DNA from: an uncultured Chthonomonadaceae bacterium | GTDB lineage: Bacteria > Armatimonadota > Chthonomonadetes > Chthonomonadales > Chthonomonadaceae | NCBI GenBank assembly: GCA_963835065.1 | Contig: CAWIEK010000044.1 | Location: forward strand, 480,001 to 544,000 | Reading direction: 5' to 3' | Length of the DNA stretch: 64,000 nt | Part shown: piece after piece, positions 40,207-50,046 of the stretch | How positions within the stretch are numbered: the stretch's first letter is position 1 | How the letters are laid out: each line of letters begins with the position of its first letter | Made by a program: the position numbers and the translations under genes | Notes under the pieces: generated by a model | What the model was told of the DNA's origin: nothing | Seen by the model: the letters and a program-made list of their open reading frames with translations, nothing else | The model's database searches: none

Positions 40207-40353
40207 ACACGTATCTCTTTCGAGCGCCGGGTGTCGGTCGCGTTTGCGCGGCGGATGGCACTTTTGCCAACACACCTTTTTCCAATAACGCGGCTTGCGC
40301 AGACAAGCCCGTTGGGAAAGCAGGCGCTCTCACGGCATGGAGGTTTACGGTTC

Positions 40354-41997
40354 ATGTTACAGGCTATGTTTTCGGGCGTCAGCGGCTTGCAGGTGCATCA
40401 GACCAAACTCGACGTAATCGGCAACAACATCGCCAACGTCAACACGGTGGGGTTCAAGGCCGGGCGCGTTTCCTTTGAAGATCAGCTTTCCCAAACGCTG
40501 CGCACGTCTACGGCTCCTACCGACAGCGTGGGCGGCCAAAATCCCGCGCAGGTCGGGCTTGGCGTCGCCCTGGGCGCGGTGGATACGCTGCAAACGCAGG
40601 GCAATCTGCAAACAACGGGCAAACTGACCGATATGGCGATACAGGGCAATGGCTTTTTCCTTGTCGGCTCCGGCGCGAATGTGTCTTATACCCGCGACGG
40701 CTCCTTTGACCTGGACAGCGACGGCGTACTGGTCAACCCGGCCAACGGCCTGAAACTGCTCGGTTATGTGGCGGACCAGAACGGCGTCATTGACTCCACG
40801 CAGCAGATTACCAACGACAGCGTGTTGAAAATCCCGGTCGGTACGCTCACATCCGTTAAGCAGACCACGCAATCCACCTTTCAGGGCAACCTGGATGCCA
40901 GTTCCGCGCTGCAATCCACGCAAACCGCGTTCACGGGCAATGTCAAAACCGATCCGACAACCATCAGCACCACAGCCTACGATGCGCTGGGCAACGCCCA
41001 TAGCGTGACGCTGACCCTGAGCGGCAAAACCACGAGCGGCGGCAATGACACGTGGAGCGCCGCCGCCAATATTGACGGCAGCAACATGACGGGCGGCCCG
41101 TACAACGTCGTGTTCAACACTTCGACAGGCGCGTTTGTCAGCACGACCCTGCCGGCCACCGCAACCGTCACCGGCTCCAACGGCGCGGGCAACTTCACGC
41201 TGGGACTCAACGCGGCGGGACTGACGGGGAATGCGGCGGCAGCGGCAAGCGCGACCGCCAAAACGGACGGACAGACGGGAAGCGCGCCCGTGTGGAACAC
41301 CTCCATAAAAGTCTACGACAGTCTGGGCGTCAGCCACCTGCTCAACTTCAAATTCACGCGCAATCTGGTGGGAACCGGAGCGCCCACTTCCGCAGCAGGC
41401 CAATGGGCGTGGACGGCAACAGAAGGCGGGCAGCCCATAGCGTCCAGCGCATCTGCCGGCAACAGCCCCATGTACTTCGACAGCCAGGGCAACCTGATCA
41501 ACAAAGCCAAACAGAACCTGACCCTGACGCCGCCCACGCCCGGAGCCTCGCCCATCAACATGACGGTTGATTTCGGTACGCTGACGCAGCTTGCCGGGGA
41601 TTCCAGCGTGGCCGCAACGGTACAGGACGGCTTTCCCGTCGGAACCCTGCAAAGTTTCACCATTTCACCCGAAGGCTTGATTACGGGAATCTTTTCCAAC
41701 GGCCAGTCGCGCAATCTGGGCCAGGTTGCGGTTGCCAGTTTCTCCAACCCCGCCGGTTTGGAGAAAATCGGCGGCAACCAGTTCCAGGAGTCGAGCAACT
41801 CCGGTCTGGCGCAAGTCGGCCCGGCCAACTCGCAGGGACGGGGCAAGATCAACACGGGCTACGTCGAAATGTCCAACGTTGACCTTTCCACCGAGTTCAC
41901 CAACCTGATCGTCACGCAGCGCGGCTTCCAGGCCAACACCAAAATCATCACCACCATTGATGACCTGCTTCAGGATGTGATTAATCTCAAACGGTAG
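40354..41997 (+). CDS. flgE: Flagellar hook protein
   Basis: GGAGGT RBS; GNNIANVNTVGFK, YTRDG, EMSNVDL, QRGFQAN. Confidence 0.95.
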   Translation: MLQAMFSGVSGLQVHQTKLDVIGNNIANVNTVGFKAGRVSFEDQLSQTLRTSTAPTDSVGGQNPAQVGLGVALGAVDTLQTQGNLQTTGKLTDMAIQGNGFFLVGSGANVSYTRDGSFDLDSDGVLVNPANGLKLLGYVADQNGVIDSTQQITNDSVLKIPVGTLTSVKQTTQSTFQGNLDASSALQSTQTAFTGNVKTDPTTISTTAYDALGNAHSVTLTLSGKTTSGGNDTWSAAANIDGSNMTGGPYNVVFNTSTGAFVSTTLPATATVTGSNGAGNFTLGLNAAGLTGNAAAAASATAKTDGQTGSAPVWNTSIKVYDSLGVSHLLNFKFTRNLVGTGAPTSAAGQWAWTATEGGQPIASSASAGNSPMYFDSQGNLINKAKQNLTLTPPTPGASPINMTVDFGTLTQLAGDSSVAATVQDGFPVGTLQSFTISPEGLITGIFSNGQSRNLGQVAVASFSNPAGLEKIGGNQFQESSNSGLAQVGPANSQGRGKINTGYVEMSNVDLSTEFTNLIVTQRGFQANTKIITTIDDLLQDVINLKR

Positions 41998-42131
41998 GGG
42001 AGTAGTCAGTAGTCAGTAGTCAGTAGAAATGCCATTCTACTCAAAGGCTGGTACACCGGCAGAAGCAGTGAGCAGGATGGCTACTGATCTACTGACTACT
42101 GACTACTAGCTTGAAGGAGTGTACGCGAACA

Positions 42132-42920
42132 ATGGATTTAGCTACCGTTATCGGGCTGCTGGTGGCGTGGGGGGCGCTGGTCGGGTCGCTGCTGATGGAA
42201 GGCGGCGATGTCCGCGCCTTGATCAACATTCCCGCCGCGCTGCTGGTGTTCGGCGGCACGTTCGGCGCGGCGATGGTCAGTTGCCGGTTGAATCAAATCA
42301 TGGGACTGCCCGACGTTTTGCGCCGCGCTTTCGATGATTCGGCGCATGACCCGGCGGAAGTAATTCGCCTGCTGGTGCGGTTTTCGGAACGGGCGCGGCG
42401 CGAGGGCCTGCTGGTGCTGGAAGTTGAAGCAAAGCGCGTGGACGATGCGTTTTTGCAAAAGGGCATACGCCTTGCCATTGATGGAACCGACCCGGAAACG
42501 GTGCGCGACATTCTGGAAACCGACCTGCACTTTTTACAATCGCGGCACAAGGCCGGGGAAAACATTTTCATCACGCTCGGCGGCTTCGCGCCCACATTGG
42601 GCATTATTGGCACGGTCATGGGCCTGATTCACATGCTGGCGAACCTGAGCGATCCCGGCAAAATGGGGCCGTTGATCGCGGGCGCGTTTATCGCCACGCT
42701 GTACGGCGTGTCCAGCGCCAATTTATTGTTCCTGCCGCTCGCCAATAAACTGAAAGCCCGCTCCCAGGAAGAAGTCACCCTGCGCGAAGTGATGATCGAA
42801 GGCATTCTCGCAATCCAGGCGGGCGACAATCCCCGCATCGTAGACGAAAAACTCAAATCTTTCCTCGCGCCGCGCCTGCGCGTCATGCAGGCTGGTGTGG
42901 GAAATCGGGCGGTTAGTTGA
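42132..42920 (+). CDS. motA: Flagellar stator protein A
   Basis: RREGLLVLE, PTLGIIGTVMGLI, AFIATLYG. Confidence 0.93.
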   Translation: MDLATVIGLLVAWGALVGSLLMEGGDVRALINIPAALLVFGGTFGAAMVSCRLNQIMGLPDVLRRAFDDSAHDPAEVIRLLVRFSERARREGLLVLEVEAKRVDDAFLQKGIRLAIDGTDPETVRDILETDLHFLQSRHKAGENIFITLGGFAPTLGIIGTVMGLIHMLANLSDPGKMGPLIAGAFIATLYGVSSANLLFLPLANKLKARSQEEVTLREVMIEGILAIQAGDNPRIVDEKLKSFLAPRLRVMQAGVGNRAVS

Positions 42921-43024
42921 TAGTTGATGGTTGATAGTTGATAGTCACATCGTTCTCCTGATAGGATGTGCCTTCAGCTAACAGCCAGCGCCTATCAACT
43001 ATCAACCATCAACTATCAACTCCT

Positions 43025-43883
43025 ATGAAACGACGCCAACACCTCCCCGACAGCCACCACAATTCGGAACGCTGGCTGCTCACTTACGCCGACATGATTA
43101 CCCTCCTGACGGCGTTCTTTTTGATGCTGTACTCGATGTCGGTGATGAGCCGGGGCAAATTCAGCGCCCTCGCGTCTTCGGTGCGCAGCGGCTTCGGCAG
43201 CGTGACGCCGGGCGGAACCGGAATTTTGAAGGATGGTTCCGGTTCGGGTTCCACATCGGGACGGCTTTCCACATGAAGAATATCGCCATTATCAAGAAGC
43301 GATGGCAGATTTGCGGAGATTTGTGGAACAACAGGGTAGGAGCAAACAGGTGCAGATGCGCGCCGACAGCCGGGGCGTGGTAATTTCCCTGCTGTCGGAT
43401 GGCATGTTGTTTGCGCGGGGATCGGCAAATCTGCAAGCGGAAAGCAACGGATTGCTGGATCATGTCGCGCAGATACTGCGGACGGCCCCGAACAATGTGC
43501 AGGTGGAAGGGCATACGTGCGACCTGCCCATTCACAGCGCGGCGTTCCCGTCCAACTGGGAACTGTCCACCGCCCGCGCGGGCGCGATCCTGCGGCATTT
43601 TACCGAGGGCGCGGAGGCCCTCAATCCACAGCGGTTTACGTGCGCGGGGTACGCCGATACGCGCCCCATAGCCGCCAACGACACGGAAGAACACCGGGCG
43701 CGTAATCGCCGCGTAGAAATCGTGCTGCTGAAAACGGACGCGCAGCGCGACGCGGACGCCCTGCGCCGCCAGGAAATACGGCGCATACAGGATACAGGGG
43801 GGCAGGTTAGGTTCAGTTTCAGGTTTCAGTTAGTGGCTATTGCTTGTTGGGACAAAGCGCCCATTGAACAACGTAGTTCCTGA
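43025..43883 (+). CDS. motB: Flagellar stator protein B, frameshifted near 43265
   Basis: WLLTYADMITLL in the first frame; EGHT, NWELSTARA, RNRRVEI in the second frame. Confidence 0.88.
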
Positions 43884-43939
43884 ATACCTGAAACCTAAGC
43901 CTGAAACCTGAATGCCTGCAACAATAAGGAATAGAGTTT

Positions 43940-44470
43940 ATGTCAGCGAAAGCGAAAGAACCGGAGAAAGAGGGCGAAGGCGGCAAGAAAAAGAAGCTGC
44001 CGTTGCCGATGATTATTGGCGTGGTGGTGCTGATTGTGGCGCTGCTCGTGGGCAAAAGCGTGATGGGCGGCGGCAAAAAGCACAAGGTGAAGAAGGAAAA
44101 AGTAACGCAGGAAATGGGAATTTCGCTGCCCTTAGATGAGTTTTTGGTGAATCTGAACGGCGGGGGCGACCACTATTTGCGCGCGCAGATCGCTGTCGGC
44201 CTGAAAAAAGGGCTGACCGAAGAGCAGGGCAAAGAACACGTCGCGCCGATGCGGGACGCTATTCTGTCCGTGCTGAGTACCAAAACCCTGACCGAAGTTT
44301 CCAAGCCCAAAGACCGGGAAGACTTGAAAGAGGAGTTGAAGAAGAAGATCAACGAAGCGCTGGAAGCCGCGGAACCCAAAGACAAAGACAAGGACGAGGA
44401 AGCCGACGAGAAAGAAGGCGGCAAAGAAACGGTTTTGAAAGTGTACTTCACCGCCTTCGCCACGCAGTAA
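43940..44470 (+). CDS. fliL: Flagellar basal body-associated protein
   Basis: TM helix, FLVNL, MRDAIL, VYFT; follows motB. Confidence 0.88.
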   Translation: MSAKAKEPEKEGEGGKKKKLPLPMIIGVVVLIVALLVGKSVMGGGKKHKVKKEKVTQEMGISLPLDEFLVNLNGGGDHYLRAQIAVGLKKGLTEEQGKEHVAPMRDAILSVLSTKTLTEVSKPKDREDLKEELKKKINEALEAAEPKDKDKDEEADEKEGGKETVLKVYFTAFATQ

Positions 44471-44521
44471 CTCTTGTGACGGCTTTCTGCGCGGCATTCA
44501 CATCTCTGTGCAGCACAAAAT

Positions 44522-44604
44522 AGCCCCTCTCCCAAAGTTGGGAGAGGGATTATTGTTAAATCCAACTTCTCTCCTAAAGTTAGGAGAGAAGTTGGGGTGA
44601 AGGC
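44522..44604. repeat. CCCCTCTCC-GGAGAGGG type palindromic repeat
   Basis: CCCTCTCCCAAAGTTGGGAGAGGG and CTTCTCTCCTAAAGTTAGGAGAGAAG; related unit at 19570-19620. Confidence 0.65.
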
Positions 44605-44606
44605 TT

Positions 44607-46073
44607 CTAGCGGGAATGGCGCAGCAGATTGCGGACGTACAAATTCGTTACGGGCCGGCTCTCGTAGTTCTGGCCGAGCAGTTTGCGCAGGCGCTGTATG
44701 GCGACCTCGCGGGGCACATGGAAATGCTGCTCGTACTCGCGCCAGAAGTTCTGCCACCAGTCGGCAGGCTCCACTTTCGCGCCCGCGTACTCTGTAATGC
44801 GCCCGGTTTCAGATTGCGTAACCAGGCTGCCTACGCTGTCACTGTGCGCGTACACGCGGCCAATCTGCGTTTTGATGGCCTGCAAATCGTCCGCGCTGAC
44901 CACGCCATTGTCGGTCGCCTTGTAAAACTGGACGGTGACGCGCACGGGAAAGCGCGGGTCGCGCTCAATCGGCAGGTTGTCTATTTCCGTGTACGGCCCT
45001 TCCATCGCGCCATGCCCGATGACGGCGTTTTCCACGTTGCTTTGGGCGCGGCTGCGAACCATTGCTCCGGCAGGCGCAGCCGCCATTGCCTTATCTTCTA
45101 TCTCATACTTCATGGGTGGGCGCGGCTTTTGCTTGAGCGGAACCTGAATCAGCAGCACCATATTCAGGCCCGCTTCGCTTTTCGCCACTGTGGGGCTGTC
45201 GGGCGAAACGTCGCCGTGATGGTTCGTGTGAAAATCGCTTTCGCGCTCCCCCGTCAGGCTGGCGCGTTGGCCGTGCGCGTTGTGGAACAAGCGTTGCCCC
45301 CACACGGCTCCCGTTTCAAAAGCGTCTCGCGTGTTGTCAATGATGGTCGCGCTGGTTCCCTCCCGCGTGGCGAGAATGGTCAGCACGGCGGGATTTTTGG
45401 CGTAACTCTGGTAGTTGAACACGACGGGATTGAACGTGGCCTTGCCCTGTTTGGGAACCGGCAGGAAACACGCCTGCGCGGACACCAATGCTTTGCTGTC
45501 CCGTTCCGGCGCAAGCAGGCTTTTCGATTTGCCGCCGCTCCACGAGGCCGGATGGGTCAGAAACGCCGTCGGCTCCTGCAAAAACTCATACAGGGACACG
45601 CGCCGCAGAATGTCGCTGCCACCTGACGCCTGATTGCCGACGAGCAGGGTGAAGTCGCGCGGGTCAATGTCGCAGGTTATATCCGAAAAGTTGGGGTAGC
45701 GGATCACGGGCATCGCCGTGACCTCCAGTTGGCGCGTTTGCGGGTTGCGCGTCGCCACCTGAATGGTCATGTCACTGATGTTCGGCCCCACAGACGAGCC
45801 TTTGTACCGTCCCGTATCCTCCCACGTCAGGTTGAGAATGTCCAGCCCGTGCTGCCGCGCCATGCGCTTCGCCGTCGCGTCGGAAACCATTTGCGCGGTC
45901 TTCTGCACCGCGCTGCGATACGCGGCGGAACCTGGCACATCCGGGCGCGTGGTCGCATTGGTTTTAGGCGCGTCCGCTCCGCCCCGTCCTCCAATCAGAA
46001 CCGCCGCGATTGCGCCAATCCCCGCCACTAATTTCGCGCTTTTTCTCGAACTCTCAGGTTGTTTGTGCTGCAT
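44607..46073 (-). CDS. Hypothetical exported protein
   Basis: 488-aa ORF with GGAG RBS and signal-like N-terminus; no family recognised. Confidence 0.75.
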   Translation of the reverse strand: MQHKQPESSRKSAKLVAGIGAIAAVLIGGRGGADAPKTNATTRPDVPGSAAYRSAVQKTAQMVSDATAKRMARQHGLDILNLTWEDTGRYKGSSVGPNISDMTIQVATRNPQTRQLEVTAMPVIRYPNFSDITCDIDPRDFTLLVGNQASGGSDILRRVSLYEFLQEPTAFLTHPASWSGGKSKSLLAPERDSKALVSAQACFLPVPKQGKATFNPVVFNYQSYAKNPAVLTILATREGTSATIIDNTRDAFETGAVWGQRLFHNAHGQRASLTGERESDFHTNHHGDVSPDSPTVAKSEAGLNMVLLIQVPLKQKPRPPMKYEIEDKAMAAAPAGAMVRSRAQSNVENAVIGHGAMEGPYTEIDNLPIERDPRFPVRVTVQFYKATDNGVVSADDLQAIKTQIGRVYAHSDSVGSLVTQSETGRITEYAGAKVEPADWWQNFWREYEQHFHVPREVAIQRLRKLLGQNYESRPVTNLYVRNLLRHSR

Positions 46074-46281
46074 ATTGGAACTCCTGTCCTCCCAAAACGG
46101 ATGCCATTTGAACGTGTTCGCTTTATAGCAACGCCATTCACAGGGTTAGTTCCGCCACGAAGGCCAAAAGTTCATTCATCCGATTATTATTGATTAAAAT
46201 GTCTCCGACTCAAACGTACTGCCTGATCGGAACTTCTGCTTTCTCTTACCTCGTCACAGTCCGTAGACAGCAGTTTTTCTG

Positions 46282-46311
46282 TTGACTTTCAGCCGACAAC
46301 TATGTTATAGT
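46282..46311 (+). promoter_or_regulatory. Putative sigma70 promoter
   Basis: TTGACT-18 nt-TATAGT with extended TGn. Confidence 0.55.
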
Positions 46312-46368
46312 ACACACACCACACCTCGGAGTTATGACCAGTGCCATTACCATTGAGGGAGCCGTGAA

Positions 46369-46764
46369 GTGAAATCAGCAACTGCCGCTATCCTGAATAC
46401 CTGCCATGTACCGGAAGCCATACGGCAACGCATCTTTGATTGTCAAACCGAAGACAATTGGGATGATGAGGGCGCGACGGGAATTACGTGGAAGTCCTGC
46501 AATGCCGCTCTTGAATTTCTTCAAGAAGTATGGGAGCGTGACAATTCAATACCGATACCGAGTATTTCTCCGTCAGTTTACGGACAAGTGACGCTTCATT
46601 GGCGCAATGGTGGTAAACACTTGATTGCTCGGCCTTCCGCCGACACGGATTTAACATTTTATCGCTTCTCAGAAGCAGAGGGTGTCAGTTCGTATGGTGA
46701 CGCTTCCCGTAACCAGATAATTCAGCGCATTCTAAACTTCTTTAGTGCAGGCCATGCCGAATAA
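46369..46764 (+). CDS. Hypothetical protein in a low-GC two-gene islet
   Basis: 131-aa ORF with DNWDDEGA motif; overlaps the next gene. Confidence 0.6.
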   Translation: MKSATAAILNTCHVPEAIRQRIFDCQTEDNWDDEGATGITWKSCNAALEFLQEVWERDNSIPIPSISPSVYGQVTLHWRNGGKHLIARPSADTDLTFYRFSEAEGVSSYGDASRNQIIQRILNFFSAGHAE

Positions 46765-47220
46765 AATTGATGAGAGCGATTGGCTATATCGGCTGGTACG
46801 ACCTGCTCACTGCCAAAACGGTGAACTGTCTTTGGATGCTTTTGACGATAAATACGATGCGCAATCATTTAATCTTGTCAGCCTCTCGTCACCTCGCGCT
46901 ACCTTAGAGAAATTTGCTTTCTCTTTGATGGGACGCGAAAGAAATGCAAAAAGAAGACCGGGGAGGCAGACCCTACGTTTTTAGAGATGTATGAAGCAGG
47001 TTATCGCGTTGCTGTAGTCTCTGTACATTCTATTCGCAAATTGGGACTTGTATTCAAACGTTCAGAAGAGGGCGATGAGTACAACCCCAAAACCGCTCAC
47101 GTTAATGTGATTGACGCAAAGAGCAAGGCGGAACTGTTGCTTGATTACGCCCATGTGTTGAGCAGGGAAGAAACCATTTCAGGTTTCTCCCCGCCGAATA
47201 CTGAAACAGACGCACATTAG
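46754..47220 (+). CDS. Hypothetical protein, apparently frameshifted near 46930
   Basis: MPNKIDESDWLYRLVRP... followed by a second ORF 46987-47220 in another frame. Confidence 0.5.
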
Positions 47221-47243
47221 AACTGTCTAATGTGCGTCTGTTT
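47204..47243. terminator. Perfect 18-bp hairpin, probable bidirectional terminator
   Basis: AAACAGACGCACATTAGA-ACTG-TCTAATGTGCGTCTGTTT between convergent genes. Confidence 0.8.
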
Positions 47244-47251
47244 TCCTGTAT

Positions 47252-48445
47252 TCAGATAGGAAGTTCGTTGTCGTCGGGGTAGCCGTGCTGCTGGCGGCCT
47301 ACCGCCGCGTCGTAGCGTTTGGTACTCTTGTACAGTTCCAGATGGCCGTCGGAAGCGGCGAGGCTGCACCGTTCGCGCAGGGCTTGCATCTCCTGCATGG
47401 TCATGGGCTTGAAGTCGCGGGCTACGCCTAAGTTTTGCCGCAGCACGGTCAGCGAATCAATGCCGCTGATGGTTGTGGCGGCGGGCAGGCTCATGGCGTA
47501 GCGCAGGGCTTCCGTGATGGTGACGGCTCCCTGTATGACCGCTTCGCCGTTGCCGCCCAGACTTTTCATGCCGAACACCGCCATGCCTCGCCGTTGCGCT
47601 TCCGGCAAGACCTGCTGCTCAAAACTCCGATACGTGGCGTCAAAGACGTTGAGCGGCATTTGTACCGTATCGAATTTCACGCCCCGTTGGTCGGCCAATT
47701 GCAGCATCCGCAGGTGTATCATCGGGTTCTTGTGGCCCGTGAAACCCACGAACCGGACTTTACCCTGCTGTTTCGCCTGCGCAAGGGCTTCCACGACGCC
47801 ACCCGGCATAAAGTGCAGATCGGGATCGTTCCAGTACACGCACTCGTGGATTTGCCATACGTCCAGATGGTCGGTGCGCAATCGCCGCAGCGACTCTTCC
47901 AATTGCGTCATGGCGACTTTGGCATCGCGCCCGTGCGTACACACTTTGGTCATCAACACCACTTTGTCGCGCCGTCCCTGCAAGGCGCGTCCCATCCAAT
48001 CCTCGCTTTTGTGGTCGTTGTACTCCCAGGCGTTGTCCATGAAGTTGACGCCCGCGTCTACAGCCTCATGCACGATTTTTTCCGCCGTGTCGTAGGAGTC
48101 CGCCTGTCCAAGCGTGGAGCCGCCAATGCCGATGATAGAGACATTAACGCCCGTGCTGCCCATCGGCTTTTGCGGTATCTGTCCCGGTCCCGTGTTGGTC
48201 ATGGCAAGGGGCGACAGCGGGTGCGCCGGACGCGCGGGCGAGGTATTGATAACATTTTTACCGGCAAACGCGGACGGTGTTTGCGAACTCTGCCCGCCTT
48301 CGGGGGGCGGCGGCTTCTGCTGTTCCTGCGCCCCGCTGCTTTGTCCCGGCAATGCCAATGTCGCTCCTAGCAAACCCGTCTGCGTCAGAAATCGCCTGCG
48401 CTCCGGGTTTTTGGGCATTTCTGCGTCATTATTATTTTCTTGCAT
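47252..48445 (-). CDS. Aldo/keto reductase with Tat signal
   Basis: RRRFL; DNAWEY, MTKVCTH, GFTGH, QMPLN. Confidence 0.9.
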   Translation of the reverse strand: MQENNNDAEMPKNPERRRFLTQTGLLGATLALPGQSSGAQEQQKPPPPEGGQSSQTPSAFAGKNVINTSPARPAHPLSPLAMTNTGPGQIPQKPMGSTGVNVSIIGIGGSTLGQADSYDTAEKIVHEAVDAGVNFMDNAWEYNDHKSEDWMGRALQGRRDKVVLMTKVCTHGRDAKVAMTQLEESLRRLRTDHLDVWQIHECVYWNDPDLHFMPGGVVEALAQAKQQGKVRFVGFTGHKNPMIHLRMLQLADQRGVKFDTVQMPLNVFDATYRSFEQQVLPEAQRRGMAVFGMKSLGGNGEAVIQGAVTITEALRYAMSLPAATTISGIDSLTVLRQNLGVARDFKPMTMQEMQALRERCSLAASDGHLELYKSTKRYDAAVGRQQHGYPDDNELPI

Positions 48446-48571
48446 TTTAATTTCCGGTATAGTCCGGGGAATAAATTCCTCGGCTGTAGTAACGAAGTCC
48501 GCCTGCGCGGACTGAAACAGTTTAATGAACCAGTCACCAATCACCAACCACCAACCACCACCAACCAGCCA

Positions 48572-49747
48572 CTACAGCCGGGACTCGTCGGAACCGGGGC
48601 GGCCTTTCAGTTGCAGTGACTCTTTCACTTCCTTTTGCTGCCTGTCTATGGGAAAGCCGTGCGGCTGGCGGGTTTCGGGGTTGTCGTACTTGAGGGACAC
48701 TTTGTACAATTCAAAGCGGCCATCCCCGGCTGTGGCGGCGCACCGCTGTTCCAATGCCTGCTTGTCTGAGGCGCTGATGGGGTGGAAATCCCGCGCAAGG
48801 GCGAGGTTTTTGTTCAGGATGTCCATCGAATCCATGCCGCTGATGGTGGTGGCGACGGGCAGGCTCATGGCGTAGCGCAGCAGTTCTTCGGGCGTGACCA
48901 CGCCGCGCTTGATGGACTCCGCCGTGCCGCCCATCGGCTTCATGCCCAACACGCCGATGCCGCGCCGCATGGCTTCGGGCAGCACCTGACGCTGAAAACT
49001 GAAAAAGTTGGCGTCAAACGGGTTGAGCGGCATTTGCACGGTGTCAAAAGCAAACCCGCGCCGCAGCATTTCCAGATGCATTCCGGGGTCTTTGTGGCCT
49101 GTGAATCCGACAAAGCGGACTTTGCCCTGCTGCTTGGCCTTGCTCATCGCTTCCAAGATGCCGCCCTTCGCATACGCAAGCGCCGGGTCATTGTCATAGG
49201 TAATGGCGTGTATCTGCCACAAATCCAGATGGTCGGTCTGCAAGCGGCGCAGCGATTCTTCCAGCATTTGCATGCCCACTTTGGCGTCGCGCCCGTGCGT
49301 ACACACTTTTGTCATCAGGAACACGTTGTCGCGTCGGCCCTTCAAGCCCCGGCCCAGCCAATCCTCGCTTTTGCCGTTGTGGTACTCCCAGCAATTGTCG
49401 AAGAAGGTGATGCCCGCGTCTACCGCCTTTTGCACCATGCTGACGGCCTCATCCACGCTTTCCACATCGCCGAGATGGTGGCCGCCCATCCCTAAAATAG
49501 AAACGTTCACGCCCGTTTTACCGAGCGGCTTTTGCGGTATCTGCCCCGCGCCCGTATTGGTCATGGGCAGGGGCGCAAGCGTAGGCATGGGCGCATTGCC
49601 CGCATCATTTGCAGGGAATTGAGACGCCTGCGCGTCCGCGCCGCTTCCCATCGCAAGCCCCGCGCCTGCGAGTGCGGCGGTCTGGAGGAACCGTCGGCGT
49701 TGTGCGTTCATGCCGGAATCGGCAGGGTTGTTGGAATCTGGCTTCAT
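48572..49747 (-). CDS. Aldo/keto reductase with Tat signal (paralogue)
   Basis: RRRFL; DNCWEY, MTKVCTH, GFTGH, QMPLN. Confidence 0.9.
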   Translation of the reverse strand: MKPDSNNPADSGMNAQRRRFLQTAALAGAGLAMGSGADAQASQFPANDAGNAPMPTLAPLPMTNTGAGQIPQKPLGKTGVNVSILGMGGHHLGDVESVDEAVSMVQKAVDAGITFFDNCWEYHNGKSEDWLGRGLKGRRDNVFLMTKVCTHGRDAKVGMQMLEESLRRLQTDHLDLWQIHAITYDNDPALAYAKGGILEAMSKAKQQGKVRFVGFTGHKDPGMHLEMLRRGFAFDTVQMPLNPFDANFFSFQRQVLPEAMRRGIGVLGMKPMGGTAESIKRGVVTPEELLRYAMSLPVATTISGMDSMDILNKNLALARDFHPISASDKQALEQRCAATAGDGRFELYKVSLKYDNPETRQPHGFPIDRQQKEVKESLQLKGRPGSDESRL

Positions 49748-50046
49748 AAAACTGCCCTTTTGATCTTGCTGTTGTTGCTGAGGTGTCTTCTGCGCGGGTT
49801 GGAGAGCGCAGTTTGACTTTTCTTCTTAATTACGCTTGTCCCGCCAAAATCGCGTACACATAAAGAGGTAATCTTGCGTACACCCATTTCCTTGTGCCGG
49901 GGCAGGGATGTTCAAGAGGAATAGTGTTCAGGTATCATAGGGAAGAAGACAGAAGACAGAAGACAGAAGACGCATACCTGTTCTTACTTCCTGACACCAT
50001 AGAACCCTGAAAACCTAGAACCCTAAAACCTTACAAGGAGACTCTT

